Source: Octopus bimaculoides (lineage: Eukaryota). From it: a stretch of 39,457 bases of DNA. A model generated the notes under the pieces. That model searched no databases. It saw only the letters and a list, made by a program, of their open reading frames with translations, and was not told the DNA's origin. The position numbers and the translations under genes are program-made. The stretch's first letter is position 1. Every line of letters begins with the position of its first letter. Shown here piece after piece: positions 12,790-24,300 of this stretch. The stretch is from contig NC_068996.1 in the NCBI RefSeq assembly GCF_001194135.2, positions 46,927,296 through 46,966,752 on the forward strand. The letters are read 5' to 3'.

Positions 12790-14680
12790 ATCCATCCATC
12801 TGACCATCCACTCATCCATCCATCATCTGTCCATTTGTCTCACCGTCTGTTCATCCATTTATCCATCTATCTATCTGATTGTCTGTCCAGCCATCCAGCT
12901 GTCTATCTGTCCATTTGTCTCACCATCTGTTTGTCCATTATCTATGTATCTATCTGACCATCCATCCATCCTTTTGTCTGTCCATTTGTCTCACCATCTG
13001 TTCATCCATTTATCCATCTGCTCATCTGTCCATCCATCTGTCCGGCCATCCAGCTGTCCATTTGTCTCACCATCTGTTTGTCCATTATCTATCTGTCTAT
13101 CTGACCATCCATCCATCCATTTGTCTGTCCATTTGTCTCACCATCTGTTCATCCATTTATCTATCTATCTATCTGATCATCTGTCCATCCATCTGTCCGG
13201 CCATCTAGCTGTCCATCTGTCCATTTGTCTCACCATCTGTTTGTCCATTATCTATCTATCTATCTGACCATCCATCCATCCATTTGTCTGTCCATTTGTC
13301 TCACCATCTGTTCATCCATTTATNNNNNNNNNNNNNNNNNNNNNNNNNNNNNNNNNNNNNNNNNNNNNNNNNNNNNNNNNNNNNNNNNNNNNNNNNNNNN
13401 NNNNNNNNNNNNNNNNNNNNNNNNNNNNNNNNNNNNNNNNNNNNNNNNNNNNNNNNNNNNNNNNNNNNNNNNNNNNNNNNNNNNNNNNNNNNNNNNNNNN
13501 NNNNNNNNNNNNNNNNNNNNNNNNNNNNNNNNNNNNNNNNNNNNNNNNNNNNNNNNNNNNNNNNNNNNNNNNNNNNNNNNNNNNNNNNNNNNNNNNNNNN
13601 NNNNNNNNNNNNNNNNNNNNNNNNNNNNNNNNNNNNNNNNNNNNNNNNNNNNNNNNNNNNNNNNNNNNNNNNNNNNNNNNNNNNNNNNNNNNNNNNNNNN
13701 NNNNNNNNNNNNNNNNNNNNNNNNNNNNNNNNNNNNNNNNNNNNNNNNNNNNNNNNNNNNNNNNNNNNNNNNNNNNNNNNNNNNNNNNNNNNNNNNNNNN
13801 NNNNNNNNNNNNNNNNNNNNNNNNNNNNNNNNNNNNNNNNNNNNNNNNNNNNNNNNNNNNNNNNNNNNNNNNNNNNNNNNNNNNNNNNNNNNNNNNNNNN
13901 NNNNNNNNNNNNNNNNNNNNNNNNNNNNNNNNNNNNNNNNNNNNNNNNNNNNNNNNNNNNNNNNNNNNNNNNNNNNNNNNNNNNNNNNNNNNNNNNNNNN
14001 NNNNNNNNNNNNNNNNNNNNNNNNNNNNNNNNNNNNNNNNNNNNNNNNNNNNNNNNNNNNNNNNNNNNNNNNNNNNNNNNNNNNNNNNNNNNNNNNNNNN
14101 NNNNNNNNNNNNNNNNNNNNNNNNNNNNNNNNNNNNNNNNNNNNNNNNNNNNNNNNNNNNNNNNNNNNNNNNNNNNNNNNNNNNCACTGTTCTTTCATCC
14201 ATTTATCCATCCATCTGACCATCTATCCATCCATTTGTCTGTCCATTTGTCTATCCATCTATCCATTTGTCTCCCTGACTGTTCATCCATTTATCCATCC
14301 AGCTATCTGATCATCTGTCCATCTGTCTCACCATCAGTTTGTCCATTATCCATCCCTTTATCCATCCATCCATCCATCCATCCATCCATCCTTCCATCCA
14401 TCTGTCTGTCCATCCAGCCATTTGTCTATACATCCATCAATTTGTCTCAGTCTGTTTATCCGTCCATCCATCCATCCATCCATCCATCCATCCATCCATC
14501 CATCCATCCATCCATCCGACCATCCATCCATATGTCTCACTGTTCTTTTATTCATTTATCCATCCAGCTATCTGACCATCCATCCATCCATCCATTTGTC
14601 CGGCCTTTCATCTGTCCATCCATCCATTTGTTTCCCTGTCCATTCATCCATTTATCCATCCATCTATTGGACTATCTATT
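12790..14680. repeat. (TCCA)n-derived minisatellite spanning an assembly gap (N 13324-14184)
   Basis: Recurring CCATTTGTCTCACCATCTGTT..ATCCATTTATC blocks at roughly 60-70 bp spacing. Confidence 0.9.
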
Positions 14681-14809
14681 GTTTTTCTTCTTGATAGAAG
14701 GAAGGGATTAAAAAGATAGATTTGGTGAAAATCGCAAATTATTTTATTATGTGTACATGTTTTCTTTGTGTGTTTAGTGGTGGCTTGTTTTTGGGAAATC
14801 TTCAAGGTA

Positions 14810-15500
14810 CAGGCATGATTGTGTGATAAGAAGCTTGCTTCCCAACCACATTATTCTAGGTTCATCCCCATTATGGGGCACCTTGCGAAAGTGTCTTCTC
14901 CTGTGGCCTTGGGCCAACCAAAGCCTTGTGAGTGGATTCGGTAGACAAAAACTGGAAAGAAGCACATAGTGGCACCTTGGGAAAGTGTCTTCTACTATAG
15001 CCTCAGGCCAACCAAAGCCTTGTGAATGGATTTGGTAGATGGAAACTGAAAGAAGCCCGTCATATATTGAAATACATACTGAAGTCAGTATGATGAATTA
15101 AATTTTTTAAGGTGATACTCCATCATGGTGACAGTCGAAAGGCTAAACCCAGTAAAATAATGTTTAAAGACTTAATGGCTTCAAATTTAAGGTAATGGTT
15201 TATGAACCATAAGATAATGAGTTCAAAACTTGGCATTGAACTTCCACTCTATACAATAAAACTATATGTACACCTCAGTCTTCTTGACTTCCAACAATTA
15301 ATAATTTTATCCCCCATCATCACTTGACAACCAATGTTGGTGTGTTTACATCCCCCGTAACTTAACAGTTTGGCAAAAGAGACCGATCGAACAAGTACTA
15401 GGCTTATAAAGAATGAGTCTTGGGGTTGATTTTTTCGACTAAAGGTAGTGCTCAAGCATGGCCGCAGTCAAAAGACTGAAATGAGTAAAAGAATAAAAGA
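14810..15500 (+). mobile_element. SINE family A with partly duplicated head, interrupted at 15066-15306
   Basis: Head 14810-14965, second partial head 14970-15065, 3' half resumes at ~15307 (ATCCCCCATCATCACTTGACAACC) and ends in the tail near 15500. Confidence 0.8.
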
Positions 15501-15522
15501 ATATATATCATATATAATAAAA

Positions 15523-15579
<57 letters not shown>

Positions 15580-16441
15580 CCTTATGGATTCGAAAACCGA
15601 GTTGCCGATTTTGACATTTGGGATATCAAAAGACTCAGTAATCTTTCAGCTACTCAATAAAGTATGTTTTTTGCACAGCTCTTTTTTACTACAAAAATAA
15701 CCTCGAAAACAAGGGCAGGTCACACAATTTTGAGGTCTTTAGCTAAGGGAGGCAACTCTGCCTGAACAATTTTAATGTCTTACATAGAGCATAATGAGAA
15801 AATGTTTAAAATATATGAAGTTTTAACAGGGAATGAAAATTTGAAGATATACCATCAGCTTTATTAGTATTATTTGATAGATAATCTTTTAATGTGAAAT
15901 ATGTTTGTGTTTTGTTTTAGCCCAGAGTTGTCTCTGATGTAGCAGACCCATCACATACTTTTTTTTCTTCTTGAAATACTGGAAATCTGAGTATTTCTTT
16001 AGATGAATGGATGTGCTTTAAGAGAGATTTTGGCTGCTATTTCTAGTAGTTCAATTTACCACAGAGACACCTGTGTGTGTGTGTGTGTTTTGTTGTGATG
16101 AAAAAATACTTCTTTGCACAATAATTTTGTAAGAAATTTGGACAACTTTCTTATTCCTAACCATTCAACTTCAAATTACAATTATTAATTGTTGGAAGTC
16201 AAGAAGACTGAGGTGTACATATAGTATTATTGTATGGAGTGGAGGTTCAATGCTAAGTTTTGAACTCATTATCTTATGGTTAGTAATCCATTACCTTAAA
16301 TTTGAAGCCATTAAATCTTTAAAAATTATTTTACTAGGTTTAGTCCTTTGACTGTCACCATGATAGACCTTAAAGACCTTAAAGACCTTAAATAACTTAA
16401 GAAATTTGATTCCTCATACTGACTTCAGTACGTATTTCAAT
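15066..16441. repeat. Inverted duplicate pair 15066-15306 / 16180-16441
   Basis: The two segments align as reverse complements end to end (e.g. TATATGTACACCTCAGTCTTCTTGACTTCCAACAATTAATAATT); 873-bp spacer. Confidence 0.9.
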
Positions 16442-16554
16442 CTGCCATTTATTTTATAGGTCTCTACTTGATGAACTGCTAACTTTGAGACATAGTGAGA
16501 CACAATACTCGATTTAAAAACAAATATAATCACACACATACACACATTAAGTGC

Positions 16555-17140
16555 AAGAATGACTGTGTGGTCAAGACATTTGCTTTCCAACCAAATGGTT
16601 CCATGTTCAGTCCCTCTGCATGGTACCATGGGCAAGTCTTTTCTACTATAGCCCTAGGCCAACCACAGACTTGTGACTGAATTTCGTAGACAGAAACTGC
16701 AGCATTTTGCATCACAAAATGACTGAAAATCATGTTTATAAAGAAGAGTTGTTTGCTTCGTACTCTTTGTGTGCCAATTCTTCCCATAAAGAGGGAACAA
16801 GTAAGACAATGTGGCAGTAGGTCATAATACCTGGGCAATGCCAGGGTGCATTGCTAGTATATATATATGTCTATGTATGTATGTATGTATGTATGTATGT
16901 ATGTCTTTGTGTATGTATGTCTTTGTGTCTGTGTTTGTCCCCCCACCATCACTCCTGGAAACTGATGTGGGTGTGTTTACATCCCTGTAATTTAACAGTT
17001 CAGCAAAAAGACCAATAGAATAAATACTAGGCTTAAAAAAAGAACTCCTGCGGTCTATTTGTTCGACTAAGAACTGTTCAAGGCAGTGCTCCAGCATGGC
17101 CACAGTCAAATGACTGAAACAAGTAAATGAATAAAAGAAT
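16555..17140 (+). mobile_element. SINE family A, interrupted at about 16700-16850
   Basis: Head 16555-16700, then microsatellite and 3' half 16850-17140. Confidence 0.75.
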
Positions 17141-17209
17141 GAGAAAAATACTTTGCTTGTTGTTGCAATGTGAGAAGGGCTTTTTCAGCCATAAGATGGT
17201 CAGTATTCT

Positions 17210-17860
17210 TTTGTACTCTAGGCACAAGGTCCAAAATTTTTGGAGAGGGGGCCAGTGCGCAACTGGTACTTAATTTATTGACCCCAAAAGGATGAAAGGC
17301 AAAGTCGACCTCGGCAGAATTTGAACTTAGAACGTAAAGACAGAAGAAATACCACTAAGCATTTCATCTGGTGTGCTAACGTTTCTGCTACACGTCACCT
17401 TTAAAGATATATATATATATATATATTCTTTTCTACTCAAGGCACAAGGCCTGAAATTTTTGGGGAAGGGCCAGTAGATTAGATCGACCCTATTACGCAA
17501 TTGGTACTTAGTTTATTGACCCTGAAAGGATGAAAGGCAAAATCAACCTCAACAGAATTTGAACTCAGAACGTAAAGACAGACAAAATACCACTAAGCAT
17601 TTCACCCAGCATGCTAACGTTTCTCATTTCTTTATTGCCCACAAGGGGATAAACATAGAGGGGACAAACAAGGACAGACAAACGGATTAAGTTGATTATA
17701 TTGACCCCAGTACTCAACTGGTACTTAATTTATCGACCCTGAAAAGATGAAAGGCAAAGTCAACCTCTGCAGAATTTGAACTCAGAACGTAACGGCAGAT
17801 GAAATACCGTTAAGCATTTCGCCCAGCGTGCTAACGTTTCTGCCAGCTCATCACCTTCTC
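17210..17860 (-). mobile_element. Cluster of three same-orientation SINE family B copies
   Basis: Three reverse units each containing GAAAGGCAAA..CCTC..GAATTTGAACTCAGAACGTAA..AAGCATTTC..GCTAACGTTTCT. Confidence 0.9.
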
Positions 17861-18363
17861 GTGGTCAATATTGTTGCTCTCCTTGTTGATTTTTTTTTTA
17901 GTTACACTGTGTAGCGTTTTATTGTTTGTTTTGTTGTTAATGTTTCAGTACAGATGTTTGTCAGCTTTATGTTTTACTAAGGTTTATTTTATCTGTCTAT
18001 TACAATTTCTTTTTGTGAATTCTTTGTTTTGTTGCTTGATGTAGTATCTTGTTTTGACTATATCGTTAATTATGGATTTGATTAAATTTAGCTTTTAGTA
18101 TATTGTGTTTGAAGTTGTGTTTCTTTGTGAGCTTGCTTCTTTCTTGAAGTTGTATTTTTATTGGTGTTGTTGTTGTGACATTGTATATAAAACTAACGGC
18201 CATTTTAAAACAAAAACTGCATTGTTTTATTCATATTTTCTCTTTGTTTTTTATCTTTTGTCTTTTTCTAATGTAAACTAAAATAGGATAGCTACAAAAA
18301 CGCAATAGAGACTGCCAAGAATTGTAAAGTCCTTTATCCTGTCCTACATGGTTCCTCTGATGG

Positions 18364-18501
18364 CACTAGCATAGCTAGGGGTTGGCAGTAGTGGTGGTCC
18401 ATCCCAGGTGGCACTTTTGGGTCTGCTGTAGGCAATATGTGTTTTTTTGTGGGTAAATGGAAGGGCCACCCCAGGCAGTACACACTCTAGCTACGCTAGT
18501 G
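18364..18501. mobile_element. hAT-like MITE (138 bp)
   Basis: 17-bp TIRs CACTAGCATAGCTAGGG / CTCTAGCTACGCTAGTG (2 mismatches); flanks TCTGATGG / TCTGAGGG form an 8-bp TSD with 1 mismatch, and 8-bp TSDs are typical of hAT. Confidence 0.75.
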
Positions 18502-18787
18502 TCTGAGGGTGCTCTTTGCCAAGTGTCTAAGGCAGCTGGTACATTCATCATAAAAAAGTTAAGGTACTTTTACTTGGTGTTGAAATATTTCAGAATTAGG
18601 ATCCTATCTTCAGAAAATCTTCAAAGAAAAAGTGTTGATAGCTAGATCTCTGCTCTGTAATGTTCAGTGTATGAAGGATTATTTTGTGTTGCTATGATAG
18701 CCAATCAGCTGCATCCATTTTAGATCTGTTGTTAATATGCAGGTAGTGCTTAAGGTGGTGGTGCTCTGGCAAAATCATTAACATTCT

Positions 18788-19175
18788 CAGGAGTGACTGT
18801 GTGGTAAGTAGCTTGCTTACCAACCACATGGTCCTGGGTTCAGTCCCACTGTGTGGCACCTTGGGTAAGTGTCTTCTACTATAGCCTCGGGCTGACCAAA
18901 GCCTTGTAAGTGGATTTGATAGACGGAAACTGAAAGAAGCCTGTCATATATGTATATATATATGTTTGTGTGTGTGTGTGTGTTTGTCCCCCAACATCGC
19001 TTGACAACCAATGCTGGTGTGTTTACGTCCCCATAACTTAGCAGTTCGGCAAAAGAGACTGATAAAATAAGTGGTAGGCTTACAAAGAATAAGTCCTGGG
19101 ATTGATTTGCTCGACTAAAGGCGGTGCTCCAGCATGGCCACAGTCAAATGACTGAAACAAATAAAAGAGTAAAAG
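18788..19175 (+). mobile_element. SINE family A, full length, well preserved
   Basis: CAGGAGTGACTGTGTGGTAAG (A-box-like), GGGTTCAGTCCC (B-box-like), internal TA/TG microsatellite, AAAAGAGTAAAAG tail. Confidence 0.92.
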
Positions 19176-19702
19176 TGTATACTGGGAAAAATGCTTGGTG
19201 GCATTTTGTCTGTTTTCATGTTCTGAGTTGAAAATCTGCTGGCGCCGATCTTGCCTTTCATCCTTATGAGGTTGTAGGGCAGGATTTATAACAGATGAAT
19301 TGTAGACAGGAACTTTGCTGTGGACTAGCTAAGGAGCTGGTCTGCAGTGAAGTGAACTTCCTGTTGAGTGAGCTTCGAGAGGCAGCAGAAACTGGCAGCT
19401 GTTGCCCTGTTATACTTAAAGGAATAAATCTTTCACTAATACATCTATGAGTTTATTTGTGTATAGCTTAACAAAGATATACACAAATAAAATAGAGTAC
19501 CGGTTGAACACTGGGTTGATGTAATCAGCTTACCCCCTCCTCCAAAATGGCTGGCCCTGTGCCAAAATGCGAAGCCAGTGTGTGGGGTTGTACTTGGTAA
19601 TTGTGGTTTTGACTTTTGTATTTGGTTTGCAATAATTTTTGATGTGAGGATGAGTGTTGAATCATATTCTATTGTACTTTGCACAAAGGGTAAAGCCCCT
19701 CA

Positions 19703-19984
19703 CCCCTTTGGTCATGAAGGATCATGGGGTTGCACCTAGAAAGTTCCCCTCCAAGGCATAAGTCCGGGCAAGGCTGTTTATGGAAGACTAGCCGTTTTCC
19801 ATGCATACCACCCTCCACTCTCCATGCTATTATATGTACATTGGGTAAAGTGTAAAGACCCCCTTTGGTCATGAATGACCATGGGATTGCACCTAGAAAT
19901 TTCCCCTCTGTGACACAAGTCTGAGCAAGGTTGTTTGTGGAAGACCAGCAGTCACCCATGCATACCACCCTCCCTTCTCCACAC
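19703..19984. mobile_element. Two tandem diverged copies of a SINE-like fragment
   Basis: CCCCTTTGGTCATGAA..TTGCACCTAGAAA..CATGCATACCACCCTCC at 19703 and 19860 (157-bp offset). Confidence 0.7.
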
Positions 19985-20032
19985 CACTGATGTTATCAGT
20001 GATGTCACAAACTCATTACTACTGCTTTGACT

Positions 20033-20252
20033 ATGAAAGGGTATACATGACTATATATGGCTATATACCCTTTATAGATATGTATATCCTTTATAGTCAT
20101 ATATACCCTTTCATAGTAAAAGGGTATATAGCCATATACAGTCATGTATACCCTTTCATGGTGAAAGAGTATACAGCTATACACACACACATATATATAT
20201 ATATATCCTGGTGAAGAGATATATTACCACATATAGCTATGTATACCTTTTC
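20033..20252. repeat. Nested palindromic AAAGGGTATA..TATACCCTTT units
   Basis: 20033-20073 and 20119-20159 are reverse complements with 1 mismatch; each arm is itself self-complementary at its ends. Confidence 0.85.
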
Positions 20253-20411
20253 AAGGCAAAACCGATTATGACAACAATAGTATTGGACAATTCTTTTTTT
20301 ACTTCTTTTCCTGTTTGTGAAAGATAATAGAAAGGCAGATATAAATATGATGATGATGATGATGATGATGATGATGGGCACACTTGTCTAAGGGATGAAC
20401 TGAAGAGAGAA

Positions 20412-20442
<31 letters not shown>

Positions 20443-20982
20443 GAGGGAGAGAAAGAGAGAAAGAGAGTCTCTGCATAGTTGCTTGATCTGCTCTGAATCA
20501 CAGCCAAATCTCTAGCAAATGGGCCACTCCCATCCTCTGTCACTTCCTTGGTGCAGTGGTTTTGAAATAGGGAACTGTGGCACACAGGCACACTGGCACA
20601 TCATAAAGAGCATCAGTTCATCATTGATGTTTAAAGATATAATTTAAGACTTTAATAAATCTATACTTAATGCTTTTAGAGTCTTAAAAGATGTGTTTTT
20701 CCTAACTTTGTTATACACAGTTAAAGTAAACAAGGTAGGGAATTTCAACCATGTTTCATGGTCTGCTACCACTACAGCTCCTTTATAGGATCCAGTTAGC
20801 TCAAGACATCATCAGGAGGAACCACGTCCAATTTTGGCCCCTACTCCTCTACCATTTTGACGTGGCGGGGCTCCCCCTTTTGGAGGTGTCTTCAGCTCTG
20901 GTGTTGGGTGCATGTCTTCTTTCTCCTTCTTTCTTCTGTTCCCTGGCCTCTTCAATGCAGAGTCAACGAGTGTCAGCGGCCG

Positions 20983-21232
20983 ACTGACTGTCTTGTCAAA
21001 TTTCCCTTTAAATACCTGTTGCTAGGCTCCTGCAGGCAGCCCCAGCAAGTTGTCATGTGACACTATCTAGACTTTAACTGACCAATGGAGGGTGCGTAGT
21101 CTTACCTGCTGCTAGGCTCCAGCAGGCAGCCCCAGCAAGCTGTCATGTGACACTGTCTAAACTTTAACTGACCAATAGAGGGCGCGTAATCTTAGCCCAC
21201 GCATTCTCTAACCGAGACTGTCACCTGTCAAT
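20983..21232 (-). promoter_or_regulatory. Pol II promoter-like module: TATA, Inr, CCAAT boxes, E-boxes, 2 x 90-bp repeat
   Basis: Minus strand TATTTAAA (21014-21007) begins 29 nt upstream of the A of TCAGT (20985); CCAAT at 21082 and 21172; GTCATGTGAC at 21052 and 21142; tandem repeat 21014-21193. Confidence 0.5.
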
Positions 21233-21274
21233 CAGCGAAGCCACTTCAGTGTCAGCTTGTCTCACCTAATGATG

Positions 21275-21629
21275 TTATTTTCCTGCTGGCATGTTTTGAC
21301 TTTCAAGCCATATTTGGTCTTCCCGCTTCAGCCATATATAGAAGCTAGCTTTTTCGACCGCCTCCTGTATTCTCCTTATTAGTTTTCTCAGTTCCTAACT
21401 AGAAAATGCAAATCTTCTTTTGAATAGTGTTGTCATTTTTCTTTCAATGAAGCCCCTAGCCCCCACTGCCAGATGGTAATCCCTGTTCTCTGCACTCTTC
21501 AATTAGTTTTTCGTACCTCTTCTCCTTTCGTTTCTCTGTATTGTCACTGTTCTCTTCCCATGGTACTGTCAGTTCTAGCAAAATTCCTATTCTCCGTTCT
21601 CTGTCCCATAGGACTAAGTCTGGTCTTCC
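21275..21629 (-). pseudogene. C-terminal restriction-like endonuclease (RLE) domain of a HERO-like non-LTR retrotransposon
   Basis: RPDLVLWDRERRIGILLELTVPWEEN..RKEKRYEKLIEECREQG, frameshift, then YHLAVGARGFIE..(stop)..IQEAVEKASFYIWLKREDQIW..stop at 21275; PD-(D/E)xK-type RLE motifs. 5' side truncated by a SINE. Confidence 0.85.
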
Positions 21630-22162
21630 TTTTATTGTATGCCTTTTGCTTGTTTCAGTCATTGGATGGTGGCCATGCTGGGTTACCACCTAGGCAAGCA
21701 GATTCACCCTTGTACTTACTTTCTATATTTGATACTTATTCTATGAATCTTATTTGCTGAGCTGCTAAGTTATGGGGATGTAAAAAAAAAAAAGCCAATA
21801 CTAGTTGTGAAGTAGTTGGGTGGCAAGCACATGCACAAGGATACTTACACACACTCACACACGCAAACAGACACACACGCACACACACACATACAATCAC
21901 AAACATACACACACATGCACGTAAACACATACACACTCACAAACAGACATACACACACATGCACACACACACATGCATGCACACACAGAATCCATACATA
22001 TACATACGAAGGATTTCCATACAATTTCTATCAAATTCCTTCATGAGGTATTGGTCAGCCTGGCACTGTAGTAGAAAACATTTGCCCAAGGTGCCACCCA
22101 GAGGGACTGAACTTGAACCCATGTGGTCACAAGGCAAGTTTCATAACCACACAGACATGCCT
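21630..22162 (-). mobile_element. SINE family A with long internal (CA)n
   Basis: Tail abuts the RLE fragment; head ends CATAACCACACAGACATGCCTG. Confidence 0.8.
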
Positions 22163-22454
22163 GAATTTTTATTTTTATTTTTTAAATTTTTAATTAAAAA
22201 ATGTTTAATTTTAAAGTCTTGTTTTTTTATTTTTAAGTTTCCATGTAAAGTGCACCCAGAGCAGCACAAAGTCAGAGAACTATTACTCTGTCCCCTTAAC
22301 AAAGGAAGGACACAGAGGACAGCGTAGTGTTAGATATAAATAAAAGACAGGTTGGTCAAAGCTGGAAGGCTTTTGATCAAAGACCTGCTTGATTAGAGCT
22401 GACTTGGAAGGAAAAACAACAGCAATAAACACAGCAACGTACCTGAGTGAACAT

Positions 22455-22680
22455 TTAACCGTTTTGTTACTGTATTTCTGTTGAGATGCTCTGTGTTTCT
22501 TTCAATCAATTTTAAATATAACAAAGAATTTAGTAAAATAACGTAGTTATCATTAAGCTAGTGTTAGGAACATAAACTGTGACTAAGATTTGAAAGATTT
22601 TAATTCAAAACTTATGAAAACAAGACATTTGTACTCAGAGCCAGAAGTGGTTTCAGCCAGGTTGGTATCTAAAGGGTTAA
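22455..22680. mobile_element. piggyBac-like MITE, copy 1
   Basis: TTAACCGTTTTGTTAC ... GGTATCTAAAGGGTTAA; TTAA at both ends. Confidence 0.8.
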
Positions 22681-22703
22681 GAATTGTTTCTCTATTATAT
22701 ATT

Positions 22704-22932
22704 TTAACCCTTTCGTTACCATATTTCTGTTGAGATGCTCTGTGTTTCTTTCAATTAATTTTAAATATAACAAAGAATTTAGTAAAATAACTTAGTTATC
22801 ATTAAGTTACTGTTAGGAACATAAACTGTGACTAAGGTTTGGTAGAAGATTTTAATTCAAAACTTATGAAAACATAACATTTGTACTCAGAACTAGAGGC
22901 GGTTTCAGCCGGGTTGGTAACGAAAGGGTTAA
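22704..22932. mobile_element. piggyBac-like MITE, copy 2
   Basis: Perfect TTAACCCTTTCGTTACC / GGTAACGAAAGGGTTAA ends (TTAA TSD plus CCC terminus). Confidence 0.9.
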
Positions 22933-23744
22933 GCCAAAGTTGCATTTTGACAGAGTTTTGAACTCAAACTAATGGTGACTGGAATTAAATACTAAAATAT
23001 TTAGTTTAACCCTTTAGTGATTCGGACAGCATCCTGCCATTTGTGAGATGAAATAAGGAAGATCACCTGATCTGTAATTCACTGATGGAAATTGAATCCA
23101 TTCCAATTTTATAGTTGAATATTTGGCTCTACTTTAAAGAATATTTGGTTGTCAAAATTGGTGTTTTTAGCAATTAATATTTCAATCAGGAAGGCAATCA
23201 GATAATTAATTAGATAATAATTGTGAAGAAAGAAAAAAAAAATTGGCCAATGCTTGAGAGTCACTTAAGGATTTTCATGTTGAGAATCACTAAATAGTTG
23301 CTCAACCTGCTAAATATAACAGCCAAAGCCTTTTCTAGCTTTTAAAAAATGGGAAGGATCTATGAGAATCTGAAATAAACAATTTGAAAAGATGGGATGG
23401 TCAATGCTAGAATGGTTTTATTCATAAATCTAGTCAGTCAGTGTTGGCTCTGATTGAGGAGACTAATGATTAAACAACAAGGAATCTCCGGTTTAGTGCA
23501 GCATGAAAAACAGTGATGGTAATCTCTGTTGAGCCAGAGAGTGGAGAGGCTTTTACATCGCCAATCAACATGCTAGAAATAGCAGTCAAAGCTCCTATAA
23601 ACCAGATCCTACTTAAAAAGAAAAGAAAAAAGAACTCCTTGAATTATGTAGTACTAAAGGAATTTTATCTGGAAGCACAAAAATTTCTCTCTGGGAAGGG
23701 TTCTGATTTTCTCACCTGTGAATATTAGTCCTCATTATATGCAA

Positions 23745-24170
23745 AGTTTAAGGTGGAAAGCTGGCAGAATGCTTAGCATGCTGGGGAAAAATGCCTAATT
23801 ACATTTCATCCATCTTTATGATCTGAGTTCAAATTCTGCTGAGGTTGACTTTGTATTTCCAGGGTCGATAAAATAAGTAACAGTTGAGCCCTCTCCCAAA
23901 ATTGCTGACCTTGTGCCAAAATTTGAAATTAGTATTTATATGAGGTAAAGCAGTGGGCTGGCGGAATAATAATTAGCATGCCAGGTGAAATGCTTAGTAG
24001 CAGTTTATCTGTCTTTACTTTCTGAGTTCAGATGCTACTAGGATTGACTTTTCTTTTCGTCCTTTTAGGGATCGATAAAGTAAGCACCAGTTGAACACTG
24101 GGGTTGATATAATCAGCTTACCCCTCTCCCAAAATCGCTGATCCTGTGCCAACATTTGGAACCAATACAT
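23745..24170 (+). mobile_element. Two adjacent SINE family B copies
   Basis: Heads near 23750 and 23945, each with CTGAGTTCA, GTTGACTTT/GATTGACTTT, GATAAA and CTCTCCCAAAAT..GACCTTGTGCCAA-type tail. Confidence 0.8.
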
Positions 24171-24227
24171 GCAAACTTTCTCTGAGAATTCAATAAATTT
24201 TTGAACTTGAATATATATACCCTTTCA

Positions 24228-24300
24228 CCCCTCCATCATGGTCCCCTCTTTCATGGTCCCCTCTTTCATGGTCCCCTCTTTCATGGTCCCCTCCATCATA
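24228..24300. repeat. 15-bp minisatellite (GTCCCCTCTTTCATG), about 4.5 copies
   Basis: Direct tandem units. Confidence 0.9.

Noticed and set aside
15066-16441. A 1.4-kb DNA transposon with ~250-bp TIRs
   Set aside because: The left repeat splits one SINE whose 3' half lies inside, and there is no TSD or transposase.
18788-18860. tRNA genes at SINE heads (also 26231, 28753, 38295)
   Set aside because: A/B boxes are present but there is no complete cloverleaf, and each runs into a SINE body.
21330-21350. TCTATATAT on the minus strand as a Helitron 5' end
   Set aside because: It encodes ASFYIWLK within the RLE domain.
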